From a virus, in the IMG/VR virus record IMGVR_UViG_3300027963_005443: a DNA stretch of 64,000 nucleotides; one strand, written 5' to 3'. The notes below the pieces were generated by a model that did no database searches, was not told where the DNA came from, and saw nothing but the letters and a program-made list of their open reading frames with translations. The translations under genes and the position numbers were made by a program. Below, one piece after another: positions 10,697-20,145 of the stretch (within the stretch, counting starts at the first letter, position 1; every line of letters starts with the position of its first letter).

Positions 10697-13600
10697 ATGA
10701 GTAATAAAGCTAAACATCAATATACGTTAAATCTTGGAAATTGCACCGGTACATTCATTTTAAATTATGATGCATCAAATCCACCTAACGTAGCATCAGT
10801 TCCTGTAAGATTCACAGTAGAGTGGAACGGAAAAATAACAACCTCTGGTTTTGTGGGAGATCATGCACATGACCTACAATTATCTGCTCTTGGATTCCCT
10901 GCGGTCAACTCATCACCAAGAGACAATCCAGTTGGATCTTTTACGATAAATAAAAATTTGTCTTCACCTCCAACAGCAACACTAACAGTTGATTCACCTT
11001 TGTCTGGGGCTATTTGGACTTTTGGACTTAGTTGCAACTTAACAGTTTGTCCAACAACTACAACGACCACGACTACAACGACCACGACTACAACGACCAC
11101 GACTACAGCAGCACCGGGCACTACAGCAGCACCGGGCACTACAGCAGCACCGGGCACTACAGCAGCACCGGGCACTACAGCAGCACCGGGAACCCCGTGC
11201 GTTAATTGTGGAGGAGCAGGTGCTCATGGTGCCGGTCCTGGGGTCGGAGGAGGTGGGGGTGCGGGTGGTGCGGGAGGTGGTGCGGGAGGTGGTGCAGGTG
11301 CGGGTGCAGGAGGCGGTGGTGCGGGTGCAGGAGGCGGTGGTGCAGGTGCAGGAGGAGGTGGTGGTGCTGCAAGAGGTATTCCTCAATACCACCTTTATTC
11401 TTGGGGCGCAAATAGCTCCAGCCAAATTGGAGATGGAACTCTATCAGATAAATTAACGCCCATAAACATAGGATCCTACTCGGCAAGTAGCTACACAGTT
11501 TCTACTGGATATAGTCATTCCATGATACTTGTAGATAATGAACTATACATGTGGGGAAGCAACGTAAAAGGTCAACTTGGAAATAATACGAATATTGACC
11601 TTTTAACTCCCTCCAGAACCGGATTGATTTTATCCTCTAATTCGGCAACTCCTTGGACAGCAGCTTCAACTTCTGCTCCTATAAAAATTAAATTTGAAAA
11701 CGGAAAGTTTGTCGGTATTAACGGAAAAACATCTAACGATACCGGCGCTAGCTGGGCGAGTAGTTCGGTGACCATGAGCAATACACCAGTGTTTGGAAAT
11801 GGGACCTGGGTTGCGTGGAACTATTATTATAGTAGAGGACTATACTCAGAGACATCAGAGGTCCGTCCGTATACAAGTCCAGATGGAACCAATTGGTCTC
11901 AACAGACCTCCTTGCCATACACAATAGATACCGGATCCTTGTCCATAGGAAAGCCCACTAATAGTCACTACTTACCAGGTGTGCAACCTATATCTTTTGT
12001 CAATGGAAAGTTTTTTGGATTCATTGGAACTAAAGGCAAAGGATCTCCAAAAAATGTAATCCCATTATATTCCACAGACGGCGACACATACGACAGAGGA
12101 ACAACATCTGGGTTGGTCTATGTTGACCAGTGGAACGGAGCAACAGCATATGCAGACCTATGCGAAGTAAGAGGAATAGCCAACAGCCCGCCTTTGCTTG
12201 GCGGCATTGGTGGCCCAACCATGTCAGTAGCAGTTGGTCGTGGATTGAATGGGAATTTAGCTAATTCATCGATAAAAACCAGTAAGTGCATACGCTCAAC
12301 AGATCAAATTAATTGGACCGCAACTACACTGCCTTTTGCAGCAATGTGGAATGGGATAGCTTATGGAAATGGAAGATTTGTGGCGGTTTGTGATGGTGCC
12401 GATGCTGCAACTAGCACAGATGGAATTAATTGGGTGACTATTAAAATGCCATCTACATTAAACTGGACAGACATTGCTTTTGGAAATGGTATTTGGGTAG
12501 CAGTTGGAGGACCGTCTTCTGTGGTGGCTGTTTCTAAGGATGGTGTAAATTGGAGTAAGGTCACTACTCTGCCTGTTTCGGCCACCTGGTCTGGTGTCGC
12601 CTATGGCAACAATAAATTCCTCATAACTAGCACAAAAGGCGTTTCACTAATCGCTGATTCATTCACAGTCAGTTCTAATTTAAGACCGGGCGATTTCAAA
12701 TACGCAACACTTGGAAAAAGACACTCTGTAGGTATAAGTCCGGCAGGATTTATGTATACTTGGGGAGATAATTCATACGGTCAATTGGGAGATGGAACTA
12801 ATGTAGATAAAAAAATACCCACAAAAATAACAAGTGTAAACAATGGATCTAGTATAAAGAGTGCCCCAGCGTGGTCATATGTGGCGGCAAGTAATCATAA
12901 TTTAGCAATAACTAAATCAGGAGCTTTATATGCTTGGGGAAATAATAACAACGGTCAATTAAGCAGTGGGGTGACCGTTACAACCACAACAGGTTCACCA
13001 ATCACAACAACAGTCGCACCGGCTTATTTGTCCGTGCCGTTATTAATAGATTCGGGCAAATGGTATGATGTAGATGTTGGTAATAGCCATTCTATGGGAT
13101 TGAAATGGGATGCAAGCCAAACAAATTTAGAACTATACACATGGGGATCTAATCAATACGGACAATTAGGAGATGGAACAAACAACTCTAGTTCGGATCT
13201 TTTAAGGGTTCCCGATCCCCCGGGCTCTACTTGGGCAGCAATAGCCTGCGGTACAAATCACTCAATGGCATTAGATGCCAACGGACAGTTATACACATGG
13301 GGAAGGAATAATCATGGCCAATTAGGAGATGGAACAATTATTGATAAAAATTCTCCGGTATCACCAGCAAGCTCTATAATATTTAATTTAATAGATGGTG
13401 GCGGAGATAAGTCAATAGCGGCAGATGAATTTAAAAATCTATATTCTTGGGGAGAAAATTCTTCAGGAGAATTAGGCTATAACACATTGGTTGACAATAA
13501 AAATATAGTAAAAAATACTTATCTGGAGAATATTTTAGAAGTATCAATAGGAGATCATCATTCAATTGCACTATCTATAGATCCGCCAAAAGTTATAAAT

Positions 13601-16201
13601 AACAGCATATGGGCAAATGCATCGTCTTCTGCTCCTGTGCGGGTTGCATTTGAGGATGGACAATTTACGGGCAACGACATCAGAATGTCTTATGATGGAG
13701 GATTTAATTGGCAAACAACTGATATAGATTTTAGCTATGCACATAATTTCACTACACCGGTATTTGGAGGAGGAACTTGGGTAACATGGAAACATTTTTA
13801 TGTCAGTGGATCCACAATATATAATAACGCAGTACTAACTTCAGAAATCTCAGAAATCAGGCCCTACACAAGTCCGGATGGCATTAATTGGTCGCAACAA
13901 ACTACCCTATCTTATAAACTAAATAATGGTTATCCATCGATCTCAACACCATCTAATTCTCACTCTGCGGCCGGTGTTCAAACAATGTCGTTTATCAATG
14001 GAAAGTTTTTTGGTTTTATCGGGACTAGGGGTAAGGGGTCTCCAAAAAATGTAAAAGTATCATATTCCACAAATGGAGATACGTGGACACAAGGATCTGT
14101 AACAGGTTTAAACTATGTTGATCAGTGGAATGGAGCAACAGCATATGCAGATCTATGTGAAATCAGAGGTATAGCTAATAGCCCAACCATGTCAGTAGCA
14201 GTTGGCCGTGGATTAAGTGGAAATTTAACAACATCTCCAATCACAACCAATAAGTGCATACGCTCAACAGATCAAATTAATTGGGCCGCAACTACGTTGC
14301 CTTTTGCAGCGGTGTGGAATGGAGTAGCTTATGGCGATGGAAGATTTGTTGCTGTGTGTGATGGATCAAGAGCCGCTACCAGCACAGATGGAATTAATTG
14401 GACTTCTATTAATATGCCATCAACTTTAAATTGGACTAGTGTTGCATATGGAAATGGGAAATGGATCGCAGTTGGAGGACCATCTTCGGTGGCCGCTACA
14501 TCGACAAATGGAATAAATTGGACAAAAATTACATTGCCAATATCTGCTGTTTGGTCTAGTGTGGCGTATGGAAATGGAGATTTCCTTATAACTAGTACTA
14601 CCGGAACATCTTTGAGAGGATTGACTAGCCCCACAACAACAATTTCCCCTGCATCGAGAGCGGGAATAGCTCCTCGTGTTCCTACTGGACCACTACCTTG
14701 TTGTCCCTCCGGTGCTCCGAATACTTCCGGAGAGACTCATTTACACAATATTGGAAAAAGTTGGGCCTCGCCGCTCTCTCCTGTAGTATGGGACGACAAT
14801 GTGGTTGGACCCTACTGGATGATTGAGTGGTATGAGGTTGACAGTAACGATGGGGTGCACGCCTGGATTTCTAAAAGAGAGGCCGTGTGTCTATTTCCGG
14901 GGACAAACAGAATAGATGGTGTAGTAAGAGTAGGATCGCCTAAAGGATGCACGTTAAGTGCAACTGTAAACAAAACATGGAAACCAGATATAAGTTGCAA
15001 CCCACTTTGCACAGAAACCGAAACGGGCATGGGTCTTAAGGCAAACTTCAATTATAATGTCATTAAAAATCTTAAAGGATTTGGAGGAATGCATTGGGTA
15101 AACACACAATATGTAGCAAGTCTAAATAATATTAGTTTCCCAACCAATGGGATTATAGGACCGCTCGGCGCAGGAGCTAGTGTTTGTGGATCAAGCTGCG
15201 CCTACAGAGTATATGATAATAATTACATGGGTGCGCTTGATGGTTTTACCTTGGGATTAATGAACAACCAACCAGGATCAATGACTGCAGAAGCTAGTAA
15301 TGTAATTGGTAACCTTGCCTGTTTACAGACTAGGCTAAGCGGAAAAACATGTGGAGGCCAACCAAAAATAAATTTTCATCTAAGCAAAGAAGATAAAAAA
15401 TATAGAGAATCTTTATATCCGGTAGCAGCTACAAACAACCGTGATGATGATCCACCTTGCTGCTCTGCTGATGATATGGTGCGTGGGTCAGAGGAATGCG
15501 GTGGAGGGGAAGGGCCCACATTAGACCCGCCAACTGAGTGTCCGGATACACCTTGTGCTTGCCATTACACAACAGACGGCAATCCCGACTGCACTATGTT
15601 GGCTCCAGGGGATCTATCTACATGTAGTTTAATTTATAATGGAATTCTCACCTGTGATTGCTCTGGGAGCTGTAACCCAGATGATCCACCTCCTACATAT
15701 AGTTGGTGGAGGTGCACAGGCGATGGGAATTGCTGTCAGGCTGGGGTCGATGATGGATGTGAACCATGCGACAACAACGATGAAGATTGCTATGGCGGAT
15801 ATGGGGCAAATTCTTCATGCAATAATAATTGCAATAATGAAACCACTCCCCCGCCGCCGACTGATGGTTGGTGGAGATGCACAGGCGATGGAAGTTGCTG
15901 CCATGCCGGGGTCGACAACGGCTGCGCTGCTTGTAATGATCAAGATTTGGATTGCTATAGCGGAAATTCAGCGCAGAGTGATTGCAGCAGAAATTGCGAT
16001 CAACCAACAACTACACCATCTCCACCACCTCCGCCTGATAATTGTACTGTTGAAAATTGTGGAGGGAATCCTTGCTCCAGCCCCTCAGATAAATGCTGCG
16101 GAGACAATGCTGGTAACTGTAGTTGTTGCTCAGAAATTACTTGGGTTTGTTGCCCAGATCAAATATATTGCGCAGCATCACTAGGAGATTGTCCTCCTTA
16201 G
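10697..16201 (+). CDS. Giant modular putative virion protein: N-module, Thr/Gly-Ala linkers, 7 RCC1 repeats, two propeller-like modules, Cys-rich tail
   Basis: Seven LY(S/T)WG.N..GQLG repeats; duplicated module with GVAYGNGRFVAV-type repeats; CxC/CC-rich C-terminus. Confidence 0.75.
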   Translation: MSNKAKHQYTLNLGNCTGTFILNYDASNPPNVASVPVRFTVEWNGKITTSGFVGDHAHDLQLSALGFPAVNSSPRDNPVGSFTINKNLSSPPTATLTVDSPLSGAIWTFGLSCNLTVCPTTTTTTTTTTTTTTTTTTAAPGTTAAPGTTAAPGTTAAPGTTAAPGTPCVNCGGAGAHGAGPGVGGGGGAGGAGGGAGGGAGAGAGGGGAGAGGGGAGAGGGGGAARGIPQYHLYSWGANSSSQIGDGTLSDKLTPINIGSYSASSYTVSTGYSHSMILVDNELYMWGSNVKGQLGNNTNIDLLTPSRTGLILSSNSATPWTAASTSAPIKIKFENGKFVGINGKTSNDTGASWASSSVTMSNTPVFGNGTWVAWNYYYSRGLYSETSEVRPYTSPDGTNWSQQTSLPYTIDTGSLSIGKPTNSHYLPGVQPISFVNGKFFGFIGTKGKGSPKNVIPLYSTDGDTYDRGTTSGLVYVDQWNGATAYADLCEVRGIANSPPLLGGIGGPTMSVAVGRGLNGNLANSSIKTSKCIRSTDQINWTATTLPFAAMWNGIAYGNGRFVAVCDGADAATSTDGINWVTIKMPSTLNWTDIAFGNGIWVAVGGPSSVVAVSKDGVNWSKVTTLPVSATWSGVAYGNNKFLITSTKGVSLIADSFTVSSNLRPGDFKYATLGKRHSVGISPAGFMYTWGDNSYGQLGDGTNVDKKIPTKITSVNNGSSIKSAPAWSYVAASNHNLAITKSGALYAWGNNNNGQLSSGVTVTTTTGSPITTTVAPAYLSVPLLIDSGKWYDVDVGNSHSMGLKWDASQTNLELYTWGSNQYGQLGDGTNNSSSDLLRVPDPPGSTWAAIACGTNHSMALDANGQLYTWGRNNHGQLGDGTIIDKNSPVSPASSIIFNLIDGGGDKSIAADEFKNLYSWGENSSGELGYNTLVDNKNIVKNTYLENILEVSIGDHHSIALSIDPPKVINNSIWANASSSAPVRVAFEDGQFTGNDIRMSYDGGFNWQTTDIDFSYAHNFTTPVFGGGTWVTWKHFYVSGSTIYNNAVLTSEISEIRPYTSPDGINWSQQTTLSYKLNNGYPSISTPSNSHSAAGVQTMSFINGKFFGFIGTRGKGSPKNVKVSYSTNGDTWTQGSVTGLNYVDQWNGATAYADLCEIRGIANSPTMSVAVGRGLSGNLTTSPITTNKCIRSTDQINWAATTLPFAAVWNGVAYGDGRFVAVCDGSRAATSTDGINWTSINMPSTLNWTSVAYGNGKWIAVGGPSSVAATSTNGINWTKITLPISAVWSSVAYGNGDFLITSTTGTSLRGLTSPTTTISPASRAGIAPRVPTGPLPCCPSGAPNTSGETHLHNIGKSWASPLSPVVWDDNVVGPYWMIEWYEVDSNDGVHAWISKREAVCLFPGTNRIDGVVRVGSPKGCTLSATVNKTWKPDISCNPLCTETETGMGLKANFNYNVIKNLKGFGGMHWVNTQYVASLNNISFPTNGIIGPLGAGASVCGSSCAYRVYDNNYMGALDGFTLGLMNNQPGSMTAEASNVIGNLACLQTRLSGKTCGGQPKINFHLSKEDKKYRESLYPVAATNNRDDDPPCCSADDMVRGSEECGGGEGPTLDPPTECPDTPCACHYTTDGNPDCTMLAPGDLSTCSLIYNGILTCDCSGSCNPDDPPPTYSWWRCTGDGNCCQAGVDDGCEPCDNNDEDCYGGYGANSSCNNNCNNETTPPPPTDGWWRCTGDGSCCHAGVDNGCAACNDQDLDCYSGNSAQSDCSRNCDQPTTTPSPPPPPDNCTVENCGGNPCSSPSDKCCGDNAGNCSCCSEITWVCCPDQIYCAASLGDCPP
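11057..11190 (+). repeat. Tandem repeats: 15-bp unit x3 (poly-Thr), then 18-bp unit x5 (TTAAPG)
   Basis: actacaacgaccacg x3 (11057-11101); actacagcagcaccgggc x5 (11102-11190). Confidence 0.9.
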
Positions 16202-16231
16202 TTTTATCTTGGCGAGATCTTTTAAAAATGC

Positions 16232-17158
16232 TTATTGATCATTAATCTTTTTATTTATTTTTAAATCATAAACACAAGCACAAGTGGTCTTTCTACAAAT
16301 CAAACCACTCTGCAGCAACTTTATTCTTAAATTTTTATTATGAGATAAGTTCCCAAAAATTTTCTCTCTGCATTGTGCGCCTGTGACCTCTCCATCCCAT
16401 TTGATAGCCAAACTACTCATTCCGGCATCACAGATATAACCAGATAAATGATTAAGTTTATTTGATATAATTTTTTGACCATCAAAACGCTCTTTTTCTC
16501 CATTGGAATAAGAAACGATAATATCTGTAGATACTTCTTTGGTGGTATTTCTCGTTAAAAAATCTAGCTGTTCTTGAGAATAGTCGACATAGTAAATTGA
16601 TCTGGAGCTGGAGTGTTTGTCGAGTATACCTTTATATACAACTCTTATATTTTGCGACTCAAAATATTCAGCAGCCTCGATCGCTCTACTCCAGTAATCT
16701 TTATCCATCAATATATTTAAAAAAAATTTATGATTATTATTTTTAAATATATTGATAACCTCTGTGACGTGTCTATAATTTCCGTATCTTGGGTGAAAAC
16801 TTAGACATAAAGTATCGATATTAGAAAAATTTTTATTCCAAAAATCTAATTTTGCACTACCATTTGTAATTATTGAATTTTCAAAATTATTCTCTTTAAA
16901 AAATTTTAATAAATTTTCTATTTTTGGATATATGCTAGGTTCACCGCCAGTAAAACTAACCTCTCGTCTAGGATAATTAAATATCTGTGGATTATCGCTA
17001 AAGAGATTAGAAAAAAAATTTATATAATCTTCATCTGATATTTTTTGTTGAGAGCCATCTTTTAGTCTTGATGGGCAATATGAGCAATTATAATTACATA
17101 AATTAAAAACAATTAAATTTATTGTAAATGAATTATTCTCTATACTGGTTATTCTCAT
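16232..17158 (-). CDS. Radical SAM protein with C-terminal SPASM/twitch-like Cys cluster
   Basis: CNYNCSYC (CxxxCxxC), FTGGEP, ITNGS; C-terminal CDAG...GAQC...CRKTTCAC. Confidence 0.85.
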   Translation of the reverse strand: MRITSIENNSFTINLIVFNLCNYNCSYCPSRLKDGSQQKISDEDYINFFSNLFSDNPQIFNYPRREVSFTGGEPSIYPKIENLLKFFKENNFENSIITNGSAKLDFWNKNFSNIDTLCLSFHPRYGNYRHVTEVINIFKNNNHKFFLNILMDKDYWSRAIEAAEYFESQNIRVVYKGILDKHSSSRSIYYVDYSQEQLDFLTRNTTKEVSTDIIVSYSNGEKERFDGQKIISNKLNHLSGYICDAGMSSLAIKWDGEVTGAQCREKIFGNLSHNKNLRIKLLQSGLICRKTTCACVYDLKINKKINDQ

Positions 17159-17159
17159 T

Positions 17160-17783
17160 TCAAATAATAGAAATTTTTCTATCAGCCAATCTAGCAGGGA
17201 TATAGTAATTTATTTTACCATAATTTTCTTTGTAATTCTTTTTAAACCAAGCCTCAACTCCATTAGTGCTGGTTTTTAATTTTTTGTTCCATATCTTTTT
17301 ATCTAAAAGATCATTATAAATTTTACTATTGAAGTAGCCCCACTGTTCTTCTTCAGGGAACCATTCTCTTTCGGCTTCATCTATAAGATCTAGTATCTTG
17401 TCTGTGCTTGTGATACTAACATGACTATACTCTTTTTGCTCATTCATTGAAGCTACAAAATAGAGTTTATTCTTTTTTGCTTTCAACGACTTATAATCTC
17501 TTCCTATCGTTGATTCTTCGTATCCTCGAAATGGCTGGAATCTACAAATTGGAATATCTTGCCACTTATCTTTTCTAAGTTTGAATTGAATTGGCACGTC
17601 CGTATCTTCTTCGTAATTTATAATATAGTCAGTGCCGTCTATATCTACCTGCTTAACTGTTTCTCGTGGATTAGAGACTAAATTTCTCTCTAATAATACC
17701 TGTATGATACCTCTGGTTTCTATCCTTGAATTATTTTCTCGATCATTGAAGTGCATGTTATGAAATGACATTAAATTCTCCAT
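17160..17783 (-). CDS. Hypothetical protein, possibly PD-(D/E)xK nuclease-like
   Basis: 207 aa; DIDGTDY...PIQFKLR resembles a D...QxK pattern. Functional call is tentative. Confidence 0.5.
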   Translation of the reverse strand: MENLMSFHNMHFNDRENNSRIETRGIIQVLLERNLVSNPRETVKQVDIDGTDYIINYEEDTDVPIQFKLRKDKWQDIPICRFQPFRGYEESTIGRDYKSLKAKKNKLYFVASMNEQKEYSHVSITSTDKILDLIDEAEREWFPEEEQWGYFNSKIYNDLLDKKIWNKKLKTSTNGVEAWFKKNYKENYGKINYYIPARLADRKISII

Positions 17784-17791
17784 TTCAAAAC

Positions 17792-17819
17792 ATTATAATC
17801 ATTTTTATATTACTGTCAA
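17792..17819 (-). promoter_or_regulatory. Sigma70 consensus (early-type) promoter
   Basis: Perfect TTGACA-16 nt-TATAAT on the minus strand, ending 9 nt before ATG 17783. Confidence 0.7.
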
Positions 17820-18018
17820 TTCATTTCTGCATTTGTTCTTCAAAAGTATATCTTATTCTATCGCTTCTTCCTTTTTCATAACCTTCGATAAATGCACGTT
17901 TTATAATTGGGTCGTTAATTAAAACCTTTTCTTCTTCCATCCATCTTTCATATTCTATTTCCGCAATTGTTTTCATAAAATTAATATAGAAATTTACCCT
18001 TGAAAAAAAATCTGAAAA

Positions 18019-18034
18019 CGGGTAAATTTACCCG
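18019..18034. promoter_or_regulatory. Perfect 16-bp palindrome upstream of purA (operator-like)
   Basis: CGGGTAAATTTACCCG, with an extra partial copy AAATTTACCC at about 17990-17999. Confidence 0.5.
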
Positions 18035-18061
18035 GAAGAGTAACTTTTTTAGAAAAAACAA

Positions 18062-19051
18062 ATGATTGAATACGTCGATGTTATAGTGGGACTTTGCTGG
18101 GGTGATGAGGGCAAGGGAAAGGTATCCAGTTACCTAAGCAAAGAATATGATATGGTTTGTAGATGGAATGGAGGCCCAAATGCCGGGCATACCGTCTACA
18201 TCAATGACAATAAATATAAAACTCATCTGATACCATCAGGAGTATTTCATAATAAAAAGTCAATTATTGGCCCCAATTGCGTAATCAACACAGAGAAATT
18301 CTTAAAAGAAATAGATTACTTAGAAGAAAATGGGTTCGATACAGGATTTGTGAAGGTACATCCCAATACCCACGTTATTACTGAAAAGCATATAGAATAT
18401 GATTTAAATTTCTTAAAACCAAGATTAGGCACTACTGGTCAGGGCATAGCCCCGTGCTATGCAGATAAAGCAAATAGGATAGGCGTTCTTGCTAAGAAGG
18501 TTTTGGATCCAAAGTATATCTGGGATACAAAGCTAGAAGGTAAAATACTTTGCGAAGGAGCACAAAGTATATGGTTGGATATTAACTACGGTAATTACCC
18601 ATACGTAACCAGCAGCGAAACATTTCCTCATAACAGTTGTAGTCTTGGATTTAGCCCCAAGAAAATAAGAAACATAATTGGTGTTGCCAAAATATATGAT
18701 ACTAAGAGCGGCAAAGATCCAGATTTTCCAGAAATTCTATGGGAAGATCTGGAACTAAATAAAATAATTGAAGCTGGTAAAGAGTTCGGAACAACAACCA
18801 ATAGAAAGAGATTAGTTAATTACCTTAATTTAGACTTACTAATTAAGGCGATTAATCTTTCTGGTACGACTCAGCTTATAATTAATAAGTGTGATATATT
18901 AGAAATGCTTGATATTTATAAACTATTCTATAATAAAGAACTTCATTTTTTCAAAGATTTAAATGAAATGAAATGTCTTATAGAGAATAAGATAAAAGAG
19001 AAAACAGAGAATGTAGAAGTTATTTTTTCCGGAGATACAACAACGATATGA
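18062..19051 (+). CDS. purA: Adenylosuccinate synthetase (short form)
   Basis: WGDEGKGK, RWNGGPNAGHT, LGTTGQGIAPCYADK, EGAQ, EFGTTTNRKR, INKCD. Confidence 0.95.
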   Translation: MIEYVDVIVGLCWGDEGKGKVSSYLSKEYDMVCRWNGGPNAGHTVYINDNKYKTHLIPSGVFHNKKSIIGPNCVINTEKFLKEIDYLEENGFDTGFVKVHPNTHVITEKHIEYDLNFLKPRLGTTGQGIAPCYADKANRIGVLAKKVLDPKYIWDTKLEGKILCEGAQSIWLDINYGNYPYVTSSETFPHNSCSLGFSPKKIRNIIGVAKIYDTKSGKDPDFPEILWEDLELNKIIEAGKEFGTTTNRKRLVNYLNLDLLIKAINLSGTTQLIINKCDILEMLDIYKLFYNKELHFFKDLNEMKCLIENKIKEKTENVEVIFSGDTTTI

Positions 19052-19482
19052 ACAAAGAATTAACAGAAAAATTATTCAATGATTTCCCTGAACTTTTCAG
19101 AGGCAAAGATAAACCCAGGCACGAAAGTCTAATGTATTATGGACTTTCACACGATGATGGTTGGTACACAATAGTAAATTCAATGTGTTATGCTATAAAT
19201 AATCATCTTAAAAATCTAAAAAGAATTGGAACTCCTTTAGATTATGAATTTGTACAGATAAAAGAAAAGTTCGGAACTCTCAGGGTCTATGACAATGGGG
19301 GAAACGAACACATAGATGGAATAATAAGTTTGGCAGAAATACTAAGTTCAAAAACATGCGAAGTTTGCGGAACTAATGCAGAACTTAGCGTGAGAGGCCA
19401 TGGAGGAACTTGGTATAAAACCTTATGTCAAAAACATAGAGAAGAATTAGAATATAAGGTTTACAAGGGATTGATGAAGTAG
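19048..19482 (+). CDS. Conserved phage hypothetical protein (QIKEKFGTLRVY type)
   Basis: QIKEKFGTLRVY motif; C-terminal CxxC...C zinc-binding pattern. Confidence 0.7.
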   Translation: MNKELTEKLFNDFPELFRGKDKPRHESLMYYGLSHDDGWYTIVNSMCYAINNHLKNLKRIGTPLDYEFVQIKEKFGTLRVYDNGGNEHIDGIISLAEILSSKTCEVCGTNAELSVRGHGGTWYKTLCQKHREELEYKVYKGLMK

Positions 19483-19519
19483 ATTCTTGTTGAGTTTTTA
19501 ATACATAACTCATATAAAC

Positions 19520-19882
19520 ATGGAATGGAATAGTGAAAAATTTGATAAACTGACCGAAATAATATACCGAAGCTTTAGTCATAATAAAGTTGATGAGTGG
19601 AAAAAGTTTAAAAAAGAAAATCAAGTAAGGGCTGGGACGCCAAAAGCCATAGAAGTATATGATAATCCAAGATTTGACATACCATTAAGTTTCAATTATA
19701 TCGCCTATTTATTTCCTCATCACGATAAAGAGAATAATGTTGTGATAATAAGAAACCCTTTCTATTGCACAACAACACCTCCGCCCTTTATAAAGTTAAG
19801 CATTATAGCAGATGATTTTGAGTTTTTAGAGATAGATGAAGAAAGGGCAAGAAAATTACTTTTACTTGGGAGTTTTAGATGA
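19520..19882 (+). CDS. Hypothetical protein
   Basis: 120 aa ORF in a co-oriented run. Confidence 0.6.
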   Translation: MEWNSEKFDKLTEIIYRSFSHNKVDEWKKFKKENQVRAGTPKAIEVYDNPRFDIPLSFNYIAYLFPHHDKENNVVIIRNPFYCTTTPPPFIKLSIIADDFEFLEIDEERARKLLLLGSFR

Positions 19883-20043
19883 ATAGAACTAAAGTTTACA
19901 AGATTTACGTCGATAGAGAACCCGTTGATGACATAATTGCTAAAAATTATGAAGAAGCATACTTTGAAGCAAGAAGATTATATCCAACTAATTATCTTAG
20001 AATATTTCAGGACTTCCCCTATGTGAATGCTCCCGCCCCCTAA
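19879..20043 (+). CDS. Small hypothetical protein (54 aa); last codons and stop are supplied by the IS remnant
   Basis: MNRTKVYKIYVDREP...DFPY|VNAPAP*; ATGA overlap with the upstream gene. Confidence 0.55.
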   Translation: MNRTKVYKIYVDREPVDDIIAKNYEEAYFEARRLYPTNYLRIFQDFPYVNAPAP

Positions 20044-20145
20044 AGAGAGTGGGCTTCTAAGACATTGCTGTCTAAGGAGTTCATTCCAACTCTTAATATG
20101 TTCTTTGCAGCATTAAGGTCTCGCTCAACTAATTGGCGTTATCCC
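20023..20145 (-). mobile_element. IS200/IS605 tnpB 3'-end remnant with right end (omega-RNA-sized)
   Basis: Minus strand encodes ERDLNAAKNILRVGMNSLDSNVLEAHSL* (the TnpB C-terminal DRDxNAAxNI motif). It ends in the imperfect hairpin CCCACTCTC-TTTA-GGGGGCGGG followed by AGCATTCAC. Confidence 0.75.

Noticed and set aside
18062-19051. PurZ (2-aminoadenine, Z-genome) instead of PurA
   Set aside because: Retains the catalytic Asp in GDEGKGK and the Arg equivalent to E. coli R303 (GTTTNRKR). PurZ has Ser and a non-Arg residue at these positions.
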